Positions 33,433 to 41,319 of a stretch of DNA of 41,319 nucleotides are shown piece after piece; positions within the stretch are counted from its first letter, which is position 1; every line of letters starts with the position of its first letter. The stretch covers positions 1 through 41,319 of the forward strand of contig JABLTG010000171.1 of assembly GCA_016618085.1 (NCBI GenBank), read 5' to 3'. A program made the translations under genes and the position numbers. The notes beneath the pieces are model-generated. The model was not told the DNA's origin. It did not search any database and saw nothing but the letters and a program-made list of their open reading frames with translations. Origin of the DNA: Neovahlkampfia damariscottae (taxonomy: Eukaryota).

Positions 33433-34119
33433 TTATTTACTTGGGAACCTTTTTTCAACTTGTTCCAAGATATTTTTGTATGATGATTTTTCTTCTAATG
33501 TTTTTCTCCATCTGAGAATATTTTCATATTTTGAAATGTCCAATTTTGCAAATATTGGAGCAGTTATTAACCAAGGCCAAATGGAAATATCAGCAATAGT
33601 ATGTTCATCCCCAATTACATACTTTTTTCCTTCCAACTGAGTATCCAGAACTTTTAATAACCTTTCTCCTTCTTTGGTATATCTATCCATTGCATATGGA
33701 ATTTTTTCTTTAGCAAATGAATTGAAATGATTAGCTTGTCCTAACATTGGTCCAAAACCAGCTACTTGCCAAATTAACCATTTTATTGTTTCATATCTTC
33801 CAAAATCATCTTTTGGAATCAATTTTTTTTCTTTTTCTGCAAAATACATTAGAATGGCACCCGTTTCAAAAATTGGAAATTCTTTTTCACCTTCTGTTAC
33901 TAAAACAGCTGGAATTTTGTTGTTTGGTGATATTTTTAAAAATTCAGGTTGAAATTGTTCATCTTTGAAAATGTTGATTTCTTTCACTGTGTCTGGCTTG
34001 ATTCCAAGTTCTTCAAATAAAATATCAATTTTCCAGGTATTTGGAGTGAAATTAGTATAGTAGTCGATCTTGCGTTGTGTCATTTTGGTTTTATTGAGTA
34101 ACAGAAAAGCTCTTCTCAT
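33433..34119 (-). CDS. Glutathione S-transferase, Nu / Ure2-YfcG-like
   Basis: TPN motif, ISPNNKIPAV, FETGAILMY, WQVAGFGPMLGQ and TIADISIWPW. Confidence 0.95.
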   Translation of the reverse strand: MRRAFLLLNKTKMTQRKIDYYTNFTPNTWKIDILFEELGIKPDTVKEINIFKDEQFQPEFLKISPNNKIPAVLVTEGEKEFPIFETGAILMYFAEKEKKLIPKDDFGRYETIKWLIWQVAGFGPMLGQANHFNSFAKEKIPYAMDRYTKEGERLLKVLDTQLEGKKYVIGDEHTIADISIWPWLITAPIFAKLDISKYENILRWRKTLEEKSSYKNILEQVEKRFPSK

Positions 34120-34233
34120 TTTATTGGTATTTTAGACCAATCGGAGTTGGCTTTTCGGAGTAGTTTTAATTCGTCAATTACACGACCATCAGAAAAATAT
34201 CTTTTTATTACAGTTATAATTTGAAAAATTTCA

Positions 34234-36068
34234 CTAAAAACAAAACGTTTGCACCATCAAAATAAGTAGAATTGCTGCATAATTCAATTGATGTTTTTTA
34301 AAATTAGAAGTTATCTGTTTCGGATTATAAATCTGACTCGTTGAATAATCCATTTTTGACAGTTGAATTTCACAAGCTAAATTGATATCTGGGCATTGTA
34401 TTGTCCCACTATAACCGTTAAAATTGGTTTGAATGGTTTGTAGATTTAAACATTCAACTTCATTATTTCCAAATTTCACCATCATTTTATACAAGTTGTT
34501 CCCAATTTTTGAGCAGATAGTTTCGAAACACCGAAGATTTGAAGGATTGGAAATTGATTTCTCTATCAAATTTGACTGAAAACATAGTGAATTCTCACCG
34601 TATGTCTGTCCACTTTTGATCAAAGTCAAATTATTATTGGAGAATAATTTGCAATTAGAAATCTGTTGAATCTGTGGTAAATAAAAAGGACAATACTCTA
34701 AAACAGAAATTCCACCTAGAAATCCATCATTGAGATGCTGATTATAATTCAAATTTTGAGAATATCTTGCAATTTTACAAGCTGATTTTTGGAAATAATC
34801 TGGAGAGCATGATTCTTCACCAGCAACTGAACAAAAATAATTTTCACGTTTCCAATCCTCACATCTTTTGTGTAACATATCGCATCCAAAATTCCTGCCC
34901 CAACTTAAAAAATCAGCGTTGGTGTAATTGATTTTATAAAAACCTGAATCTTCTAACAGACCAAGTGTGATTCTGGACAAAACTTGATCTTTTCCATCAG
35001 CAACCAAACCCCATTCTGGGAAGGAAACTATATTTCCAACCATTAATTCTTTAAAAAAATGTAATTGCTTCCAATGTGATCCAACAGTTCCTACTGGATT
35101 ACCTTCATTTTCAAGATAAACTCCGTCCATATCTTGGCAGTTAAAATGATTCTTTGCTTGTTTCAATGTGTTTGGTAGCACCAATTTAACATAATTCTCA
35201 TTGAATCCATTGAATTTTCTTTCTTCAATTCTTGTTAATTCTTGATACTTTTCACCATTTGCATCTTTGAAAAATTGAAATCCACTTGAAGTAAATCCCA
35301 AAGCATGAATCAATTCTAAATGTTAATAAATTGAAGTTTACCATGTTTTAGAATGGATAACATCACTTCTTCTGGATATTTCGTTTTATTGACCAAATTA
35401 GGTGATACATTTATCCAAGCAGCTATTGGTCTCTCTAAACCAGCAGATATGGCACAAAATGTTGAAAAAGCCAAAACTTGATCAGGAGAAGGTCTTGATG
35501 TTACATATATTTGTGTATCAATGTTTGATATAGATCCAGTACCGCATTTATCACTTGAAGGAATTTTCACTCCTGCTCTTCCGCAATAGGAATCTCCAAA
35601 ACAAAACGGTTGATCCACTGGAATAACACTTATCAAATTACTAATGAATCCAGAAAGATTCTCAAGAACTTTTTCAATGTACTTAGAATCCTCCAATGAA
35701 ATAATATCTGATTTTTTACAAAAATCCCAGCAATTGTCAAATTCACCAGATTTCCTTGATTTACATAATTGTTGTTCATTTTGAGGTATTCCTGTTTTAA
35801 ATTTGTTTCCTTCAATTTTACAATGAAAATTTGTTTCATCATTTAAAATTGTGGAAGTAACAAATTGAATTCTAATCGGTGAATAAATTGCTTCTTCAAT
35901 GTTTTTTCTTTGAACTGAATTTTTGAATTTCAAATTTGATTTTATATTTAAAATAAAAGATTCATCTAAACTTGAATATAATAAAGTTGTCTTGTTTTGA
36001 ATTTTTTCATGAATACATTCAGAAAAGACAACAGTGATGAAAAAAAACAACAGAAGTTTGACTTTCAT
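34234..36068 (-). CDS. Leishmanolysin / GP63-like M8 metallopeptidase; intron 35316-35341
   Basis: Splicing restores HELIHALGF. Also SHW...ELM, LLEDSGFY, WG..GC, a signal peptide and a hydrophobic GPI-like tail. Confidence 0.93.
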
Positions 36069-36236
36069 TTTTCGTTTTGTGTGAGAAACCTGAGGTCAGG
36101 AAAAATTCCAAAACCAAATAAAGAAGAATTTTTTTTCTCACTTTGAAATAACGTTACTTTTGTTTTTTTGCTTCATGTCTACAAAACAACAATAATTTCG
36201 GAATGTTTTTTTTGCACCAATCAAATTCTGTTCTGA

Positions 36237-37316
36237 ATGTCTTCACTCAAATTGTTGTTGTTGGCTGTACTTTTTGCGCTTGTTGCTTCACAACAACAAG
36301 AAAACTTAAGACTTTTAGAAATATTTCCAAATGATATGAAATTACCTTCTTACAAAATCTGGACAACAAAACAAAAAATTGATGAAGAATTTATGTTAAA
36401 AACTGACATCACTTTCGCTGACATTACAGGATTAAAATCAACAGAACCACCAAAAAACCTTGTTTTTCCTGAAAAACCTTCAAAACAAAAAATTGTGGAA
36501 AAAATTAACAAAAAAATTTCAAAAAAATCTTTGAAGGCTTATTTGGAAAAATTCACTTCATTTCCACACAGAAAATCCAATAGAGCTGGTTCTGAAAAAT
36601 CTATGAAATGGATTGTTGACTCTATAAAATCAGTCATTTCAAAATTACCTTCAGAAAGACAAAAACTCTTTTCAATTCACATTATACCTATTAGAGGATA
36701 CATAGCACCATCAGTTTATGTACAAATGAAAGGAGGTTCCATGTCTGATATTTCAACTATTGTAGGTGGTCATGCTGATGATGTAGGTCACCCACAAGCA
36801 GGTGCTGATGATGATGCTTCAGGAACTGTCACTATTTTGACAGCTTTTGAATTAATTGCAAAATCAGATTTTAAACCATTGAAAACTTTATTATTCATGT
36901 TTTATTCAGCTGAAGAATCAGGTTTAATCGGTTCAAGACAAATCGCACAAGACTTCAAATCAAAAGGTAGAAAAGTTTATGCTGTTTTACAACATGATAT
37001 GGTTGGATACAATAAACCAGGAGCTGATTTAGAATCATATGTAGTTACTATTGGAACTAATACACCTTTAACAAATTTCTTAAAAAAATTGATCAAGGAA
37101 TATTCAGGTATTGCATACAAAGATTTTTTTAGATCTTATGGAAGTGATCATTTGTCGTGGAATAGTGCTGGATACGCTGCTTCATGTTGGAAAGAATTTT
37201 ACTATAGTCCAGAATACCATAAACCAACCGACAAACCAGAAACAATCAATTATGATTTAGTCAAAGAATTCACAAAAGTTGCAATCGCATTTGCAGTTGA
37301 ATTGTCATCAAATTAA
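36237..37316 (+). CDS. Secreted M28 family aminopeptidase
   Basis: Signal peptide, GGHAD, GADDDASG, AEESGLIGS, DMVGY, SDH and YHKPTD. Confidence 0.95.
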   Translation: MSSLKLLLLAVLFALVASQQQENLRLLEIFPNDMKLPSYKIWTTKQKIDEEFMLKTDITFADITGLKSTEPPKNLVFPEKPSKQKIVEKINKKISKKSLKAYLEKFTSFPHRKSNRAGSEKSMKWIVDSIKSVISKLPSERQKLFSIHIIPIRGYIAPSVYVQMKGGSMSDISTIVGGHADDVGHPQAGADDDASGTVTILTAFELIAKSDFKPLKTLLFMFYSAEESGLIGSRQIAQDFKSKGRKVYAVLQHDMVGYNKPGADLESYVVTIGTNTPLTNFLKKLIKEYSGIAYKDFFRSYGSDHLSWNSAGYAASCWKEFYYSPEYHKPTDKPETINYDLVKEFTKVAIAFAVELSSN

Positions 37317-37329
37317 AAGAATTTATTGT

Positions 37330-37758
37330 TTAATTTATGATTCCTGCATCAATTTGTTTTGGTTTATTTTCTTCAGGAACGATTTCTTTATCCAAAATAT
37401 TTGATTCATCAGCACAGACAGAAAAGTTATTTTTGAATTTTTTTTTGTTTCTTGAAACTTTTGATGAAGATTTTCTCATTCTTTTCTTTGATGAATATTT
37501 CCTGAATGATTTTCTTTTCTTGTTACATCCTTTTCTATTGACTTGTTTTTTTCTTGCATTTCTTTTGGATCTGAGAGGAGATGAAGATTTTCTTGATAAT
37601 GAAATAGTATTTTCATTTTTTGGATGAAAAGAAAGATTTTCTGGTCTTTAAAGTTGTGGTGTCACTTGTTCTGAGATTGAATTCGCTTCACCAAAGGGTT
37701 GTGTTTTTTAACAATGAGAACAGAACATTTTTCCAACGTAAACTACAGTTTCAGACAT
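37330..37758 (-). pseudogene. Degenerate RRM-like start plus Arg/Lys/Ser-rich basic tail (SR-like) gene remnant
   Basis: MSETVVYVGK, then TQPFGEANSI in another frame, an in-frame TAA, then RKSSSPLRSKRNARKK...KKRMRKSSSK. Confidence 0.4.
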
Positions 37759-38065
37759 GATTTATAAATTCATAGTAGGTAAGGTAATTTCCCGAACTTC
37801 CTGAGAGACAATAAACGCACAGTTCGACCAACTAACAACATTTAACCCCAAAAATCACCGTCAGCCCCCGCCATTCTGACAATATACCTCACGCTCAGTT
37901 ATACCAATTAACAAACCTAACAACACTCAAATGTTCATTCTGATAACACTTATCTTGTTTTTTCTTTTTAGTGCGTTTATTTTCATTTTCTAAATCCCTA
38001 GGTTTTATCTTTTTTTGATGAAAAAATATTCAACAGTTTATTATATAGATTTAATATAATAATAT

Positions 38066-38269
38066 ATGGGAATATATAAAGATGAGTGTGGAAATTGTGC
38101 TAATTGTGGAAATTATGAAGATGAATTTGATATGACATGTGATGAATGTTCCAATGGTATTTGCGATTTATGTTTTGATGATATTTGCAATTTATATTTT
38201 ATGGATTGTGGACTTTTATGTAGAGAATGTTATTGTAATATGGAGTTTGAAGATAAAAAAAATGTATAG
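38066..38269 (+). CDS. Small acidic Cys-rich (CxxC) Zn-binding protein
   Basis: Multiple CxxC pairs; TTATTATATA motif upstream. Confidence 0.65.
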   Translation: MGIYKDECGNCANCGNYEDEFDMTCDECSNGICDLCFDDICNLYFMDCGLLCRECYCNMEFEDKKNV

Positions 38270-38279
38270 TAATATTATA

Positions 38280-38528
38280 ATGACTTATATAGTTGTATTA
38301 AAAGTTTCTAGAAAAAATAAGGATTATGCTAAATTGTTGGCAACAAACAATCCAATAAAACATAGATCAAATGGATCAATAGTATATATGAAGGATAGTG
38401 ACCCGTGGTTGGATTTTGATAATGTTGATGTTCTTGAATTAATTGAATTGATGACATATATTGATAATATTAACAAAAAAAATAAGATTTTTGAAGTAAA
38501 AATCAGGAACAATAATGAATATATGTAA
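38280..38528 (+). CDS. Hypothetical viral-type protein (82 aa)
   Basis: ATG at 38280 directly after the previous stop, preceded by TATTATA; begins MTYIVVLKV. Confidence 0.6.
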   Translation: MTYIVVLKVSRKNKDYAKLLATNNPIKHRSNGSIVYMKDSDPWLDFDNVDVLELIELMTYIDNINKKNKIFEVKIRNNNEYM

Positions 38529-38540
38529 AAAATAAAAACT

Positions 38541-38580
38541 CTATTTACAATAATTATTATATAAAATTATTATATAACAA
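38541..38580 (+). promoter_or_regulatory. Element promoter motif (AATTATTATATAA x2)
   Basis: 38552-38580 is identical to 40291-40319 over 29 nt and abuts the ATG. Confidence 0.75.
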
Positions 38581-38991
38581 ATGTATGCATTAAAAAAAGA
38601 TCTAAACGGTGATGTCGTTGAATTATCACATGAAGATTGTATCAATGTTTACATAGAAGGAAAATATAAAAGAAGCAAGGAACACCGAGAATACTTGACT
38701 GCAGTGGTGTTAGACGACATAATCAGAAAAATAGACAATTATGATGGAGATAAATGTTATTTTAACAAAGAAAAATTTGATAAATTGAAAAAAGATGATC
38801 AAAATTTTCAACGGTTTGCCCTTAAAAAATATTACCGTGAAGATGCAAATCATAATTTCATTAAATCACTGGTCCTAAAAGGTTTACTAGAAAAATTGCC
38901 AAATGATGAAACATCTGAAGAACTACAAGAAGATAATGAAGAAAATAAGGAATTTTACGAAGAGCTCGCGAAAAAATATCCTGTTGAATAA
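38581..38991 (+). CDS. Hypothetical viral-type protein (136 aa)
   Basis: ORF directly behind the promoter motif. Confidence 0.7.
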   Translation: MYALKKDLNGDVVELSHEDCINVYIEGKYKRSKEHREYLTAVVLDDIIRKIDNYDGDKCYFNKEKFDKLKKDDQNFQRFALKKYYREDANHNFIKSLVLKGLLEKLPNDETSEELQEDNEENKEFYEELAKKYPVE

Positions 38992-39007
38992 TATATAGTA
39001 ACAATAT

Positions 39008-39193
39008 ATGAATAAATCAATAGAACAAATTCGATTAGGAATGGTTGAAATGAAATTATCAATACTTCAAATGCGAAAATCGATCGAGAAATTGAAAAAA
39101 AAAATGCTCGATCTGACTTCTGACTATGCAGGTATGACCGATGATGATACAGATACAGATACAGATACAGATGTGAGTTCTGATATGTTGTAA
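39008..39193 (+). CDS. Small coiled-coil protein with acidic DT tail
   Basis: Heptad pattern; (GATACA)x4 at 39146-39169. Confidence 0.55.
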   Translation: MNKSIEQIRLGMVEMKLSILQMRKSIEKLKKKMLDLTSDYAGMTDDDTDTDTDTDVSSDML

Positions 39194-39228
39194 ATTAAAA
39201 ATTATTATATATAGCAATTATATAATAA

Positions 39229-39502
39229 ATGTGATATGAATGTGAATATGAAATTTATGCAGATAGCGAAATAATAAAAATGATAAACAACACTCAAAAT
39301 GTAAACGAAGATAAAATAAGAGACATATTCAGTATATTTTACACCGATTATGATTTTAGCTGTTATTCAATATATATTGACATTAATAAAAGAAAAAAAA
39401 ACGTTTGTTTACGATGATTATGATGATGATGCTTCATTTTGTGGTTGGGATTTAGATTGCGATAATTATACAAAATTAGGAGATGAAAAATTTAAAAAAT
39501 AA
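39229..39502 (+). pseudogene. Decayed element gene
   Basis: Promoter motif, then ATG-TGA followed by an open frame YECEYEIYADSEIIKM..., a frameshift in an A-run near 39395, and an end ...GWDLDCDNYTKLGDEKFKK*. Confidence 0.6.
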
Positions 39503-39510
39503 ATATAAAA

Positions 39511-39550
39511 GGGTTTAAAGAAATTATTATATAAATTAATTATATATTAA
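39511..39550 (+). promoter_or_regulatory. Element promoter motif
   Basis: 39507-39535 (AAAAGGGTTTAAAGAAATTATTATATAAA) is identical to 40276-40304. Confidence 0.75.
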
Positions 39551-40276
39551 ATGGAATTGTTAACATTAAATTGTAGAGGCACAAAAATTCAAGTTGATGA
39601 TACTTTTATTGACGCATCAGATACTTTAAAAGCTTATATGGAATTAGTAAATTCGGGTTTAATATCTGAGTGCAAGGATAGTGAGTATTATTTAAATTGT
39701 TCAGTTGATGTATTTAATATATTATCTGATTTAATATTTGCCAATACAAGAAAAACTATTCATGAACCAGTTTATAACTTAGCACAATTTTTAAATATAG
39801 ATATAGAATTAGAGATTAAAAGAGAATATGGGCAACTAAATAATTATATCATTGAGACAAGAGATGGTTATATTGGATATGATAAAAAAAATATATTTTT
39901 GGATATGATTAGTGATGAAGAAGCTGATGATAGATTACATAGTGAATGTATAAATGTTTACACTAGATACATTATTGACGATAATAAAAAAGAATGTAAA
40001 GTAACAAAAGAAGTGTTTCCGCTTATTTTTATTAAAGAATTGCTAAGAAAAGACAATAGGAGATCAGTTAATATGTATAAAATTGATGTTAAACATATTT
40101 GTAAAAATTGTGATAATATTATCCAACAATCTGAAGTTATACATAATATATTAGAGGACATACATAAAAGGAAATACATTACGGAACTCGATATAAAAAC
40201 TATAACGATAGATAATTTATGTAACGATTGTGAACATGTATATGGTGTTGATAATTTGTTTGGCGATGTTTATTAA
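39551..40276 (+). CDS. BTB/POZ (KCTD/T1-like) domain protein
   Basis: N-terminal LLTLNCRGTKIQV...YYLNCSVDVFNILSDLI...LAQFLNI; C-terminal CxxC...CxxC. Confidence 0.65.
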   Translation: MELLTLNCRGTKIQVDDTFIDASDTLKAYMELVNSGLISECKDSEYYLNCSVDVFNILSDLIFANTRKTIHEPVYNLAQFLNIDIELEIKREYGQLNNYIIETRDGYIGYDKKNIFLDMISDEEADDRLHSECINVYTRYIIDDNKKECKVTKEVFPLIFIKELLRKDNRRSVNMYKIDVKHICKNCDNIIQQSEVIHNILEDIHKRKYITELDIKTITIDNLCNDCEHVYGVDNLFGDVY

Positions 40277-40279
40277 AAA

Positions 40280-40318
40280 GGGTTTAAAGAAATTATTATA
40301 TAAAATTATTATATAACA
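40280..40318 (+). promoter_or_regulatory. Element promoter motif (fullest copy)
   Basis: GGGTTTAAAGAAATTATTATATAAAATTATTATATAACA-ATG. Confidence 0.75.
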
Positions 40319-40501
40319 ATGATAAAAAAAATGTGTACATTTTGCGATAAGCCAATAACACAACCAATAGGAAATTCCAGAAAAAATGGGAAGCTTCACG
40401 ATGATTGGTCAACAAGAACTTTACATAAAAAGTGTTTCAAACAACAAGAAGAAAACGAACACTTGTTGTCTCTGCTTAAAAGATGGCAATCAAAAAATTA
40501 A
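40319..40501 (+). CDS. Small Zn-finger protein
   Basis: CxxC...PIGNSRKNGK.HDDW.TR..HKKC, a pattern I associate with small proteins of large DNA viruses and PLVs (from memory, not verified). Confidence 0.7.
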   Translation: MIKKMCTFCDKPITQPIGNSRKNGKLHDDWSTRTLHKKCFKQQEENEHLLSLLKRWQSKN

Positions 40502-40542
40502 ATGAATGGTTTAAATATATTATTATATAAATTGATTATATA

Positions 40543-41163
40543 ATGAGAGATTATATTGTAGATACTTTTTATAAGTTAAAAAATAAGTATGTTGATCAAG
40601 ACATTATTAGTGAGTTATTAAATAAATATATGAAAGGCGAAAAATATTTATTGGGTGAAAAAAAACTGAAATTTTTTACTTTCAATAATTATGAATTAAT
40701 TTATTCTGTATTAGAATTATTGATTGATAAAAAAAAGGGACCTATTGGGACATATAGTTTTAGGTGTGGTGACTTAACAGAAACATTTTTAAATATGAGA
40801 TATTCTATACATTTTACACATCCAACAATTAGAAAAAAAATGTCGACAACACCGGATTGTTATTATAATTTATATAAAAAATGTTGTGAAGAGCAAATAT
40901 TCAATACAATGAAATTATCAAAAATACTATCTCGTCATTTGGGTATTTTTGATACTTTAGAAGATTACCAAAGGTCGGCAATTGATGGTTATAAATATAT
41001 GATAGAATACGTTTATACTATGTGCAACAATACGAAAAGGTGCAGTTTTTTTCAAGAAAAAACATCATCACACTTCTTAATGACAAAACAAGGATCATCA
41101 CACTTCTTGATAACAAAACAAGGATATTCTAAAAAGTTAGTAGATATATCATTTAGATTTTAA
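40543..41163 (+). CDS. Hypothetical viral-type protein (206 aa)
   Basis: ORF behind a promoter-motif variant at 40508-40542. A 30-bp tandem repeat at 41064-41123 encodes SSHFLxTKQG x2. Confidence 0.7.
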   Translation: MRDYIVDTFYKLKNKYVDQDIISELLNKYMKGEKYLLGEKKLKFFTFNNYELIYSVLELLIDKKKGPIGTYSFRCGDLTETFLNMRYSIHFTHPTIRKKMSTTPDCYYNLYKKCCEEQIFNTMKLSKILSRHLGIFDTLEDYQRSAIDGYKYMIEYVYTMCNNTKRCSFFQEKTSSHFLMTKQGSSHFLITKQGYSKKLVDISFRF

Positions 41164-41318
41164 TTTCTCAACTGTGGTATTGTCTCGCCAAGCATTTCTT
41201 CAACAATTTGACTTCTCCTTTTTTCTTTAATTTTGCTCATTACATTTTGATCAAAAACTTCCCAATCAGTGACATCTTTTTTCGGTTCCTGTTTTGGCTC
41301 TAATGGATTATCTTTCAT
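41160..41318 (-). CDS. Short or 5'-partial hypothetical protein
   Basis: Open frame MKDNPLEPKQEPKKDVTDWEVFDQ...PQLRN*. Its stop overlaps the convergent gene's stop in TTAA. Confidence 0.5.
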   Translation of the reverse strand: MKDNPLEPKQEPKKDVTDWEVFDQNVMSKIKEKRRSQIVEEMLGETIPQLRN

Positions 41319-41319
41319 T

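Larger units (their letters stand above)
37774..41319 (+). mobile_element. Endogenous DNA virus / Polinton-like element, right arm (continues beyond the window)
   Basis: AGTAGGTAAGGTAA start and a C-rich non-coding segment, then short, intronless, co-oriented ORFs sharing a promoter motif with the left element. No hallmark replication or capsid gene is visible. Confidence 0.65.

Noticed and set aside
37337..37627. 96-aa Phe/Leu-rich plus-strand ORF as a membrane protein
   Set aside because: It is the antisense shadow of a Lys/Arg-rich minus-strand frame.
31960..37660. In-frame TAA codons (32722, 32095, ~37649) suggesting stop-codon reassignment
   Set aside because: Conserved genes (rpS3a, GST, M28, NAT9) end at TAA and contain no internal TAA/TAG. 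The same loci also have frameshifts, so they are pseudogenes.
514..40399. Many short overlapping ORFs in the track (e.g. 514-747, 2522-2743, 7913-8200, 12921-13226, 23133-23609, 39958-40179)
   Set aside because: These are antisense or alternate-frame shadows of longer motif-bearing genes, often with non-ATG starts.
38541..40542. Repeated ~29-nt motifs as a CRISPR array or integron attC sites
   Set aside because: The spacing is gene-sized and irregular, the repeats abut ATGs, and no cas or integrase gene is visible. A promoter is the simpler reading.
1..41319. Whole window as a giant-virus or bacterial genome
   Set aside because: Spliceosomal introns, a eukaryotic ribosomal protein gene and CCAAT promoters show the central block is nuclear eukaryotic DNA. 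A chimeric assembly at the junctions cannot be excluded without reads.
1..41319. tRNA, rRNA or other structured RNA genes
   Set aside because: None recognised by eye; a covariance-model search was not possible.

Overview
AT-rich, gene-dense eukaryotic DNA, apparently from a protist. It uses the standard code, has tiny 26-42 nt GT-AG introns and carries CCAAT/ATTGG boxes just upstream of many starts; a discoban/heterolobosean-type amoeba is a guess. A host block is flanked on both sides by endogenous virus- or Polinton-like DNA. Left edge: a 5'-truncated family B DNA polymerase-like domain fused to an SF1 (Pif1/RecD-like) helicase, a GIY-YIG nuclease and a small Zn-finger gene. Right edge (from about 37774): a run of short, intronless, co-oriented ORFs (Zn-fingers, a BTB protein, one decayed gene), most preceded by a shared AT-rich promoter motif (GGGTTTAAAG-AATTATTATATAA) that also occurs in the left element. 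Candidate Polinton-type AGT termini at 5949 and 37774 each coincide with a broken host gene. The host block encodes rpS3a, a NAT9-like and a second GNAT acetyltransferase, four F-box proteins, a Sel1 protein, a C2-domain protein, a class 3 lipase, an intron-containing DinB, an IFI44-like GTPase, a Nu-class GST, leishmanolysin, an M28 aminopeptidase and several pseudogenes. The most unusual host gene encodes a ~1730 aa protein with DnaJ, FYVE-like, helical and DUF1598-like regions, ending in a tip that resembles bacterial polymorphic-toxin HNH nucleases. All family assignments come from motifs recognised by eye; no searches were run.
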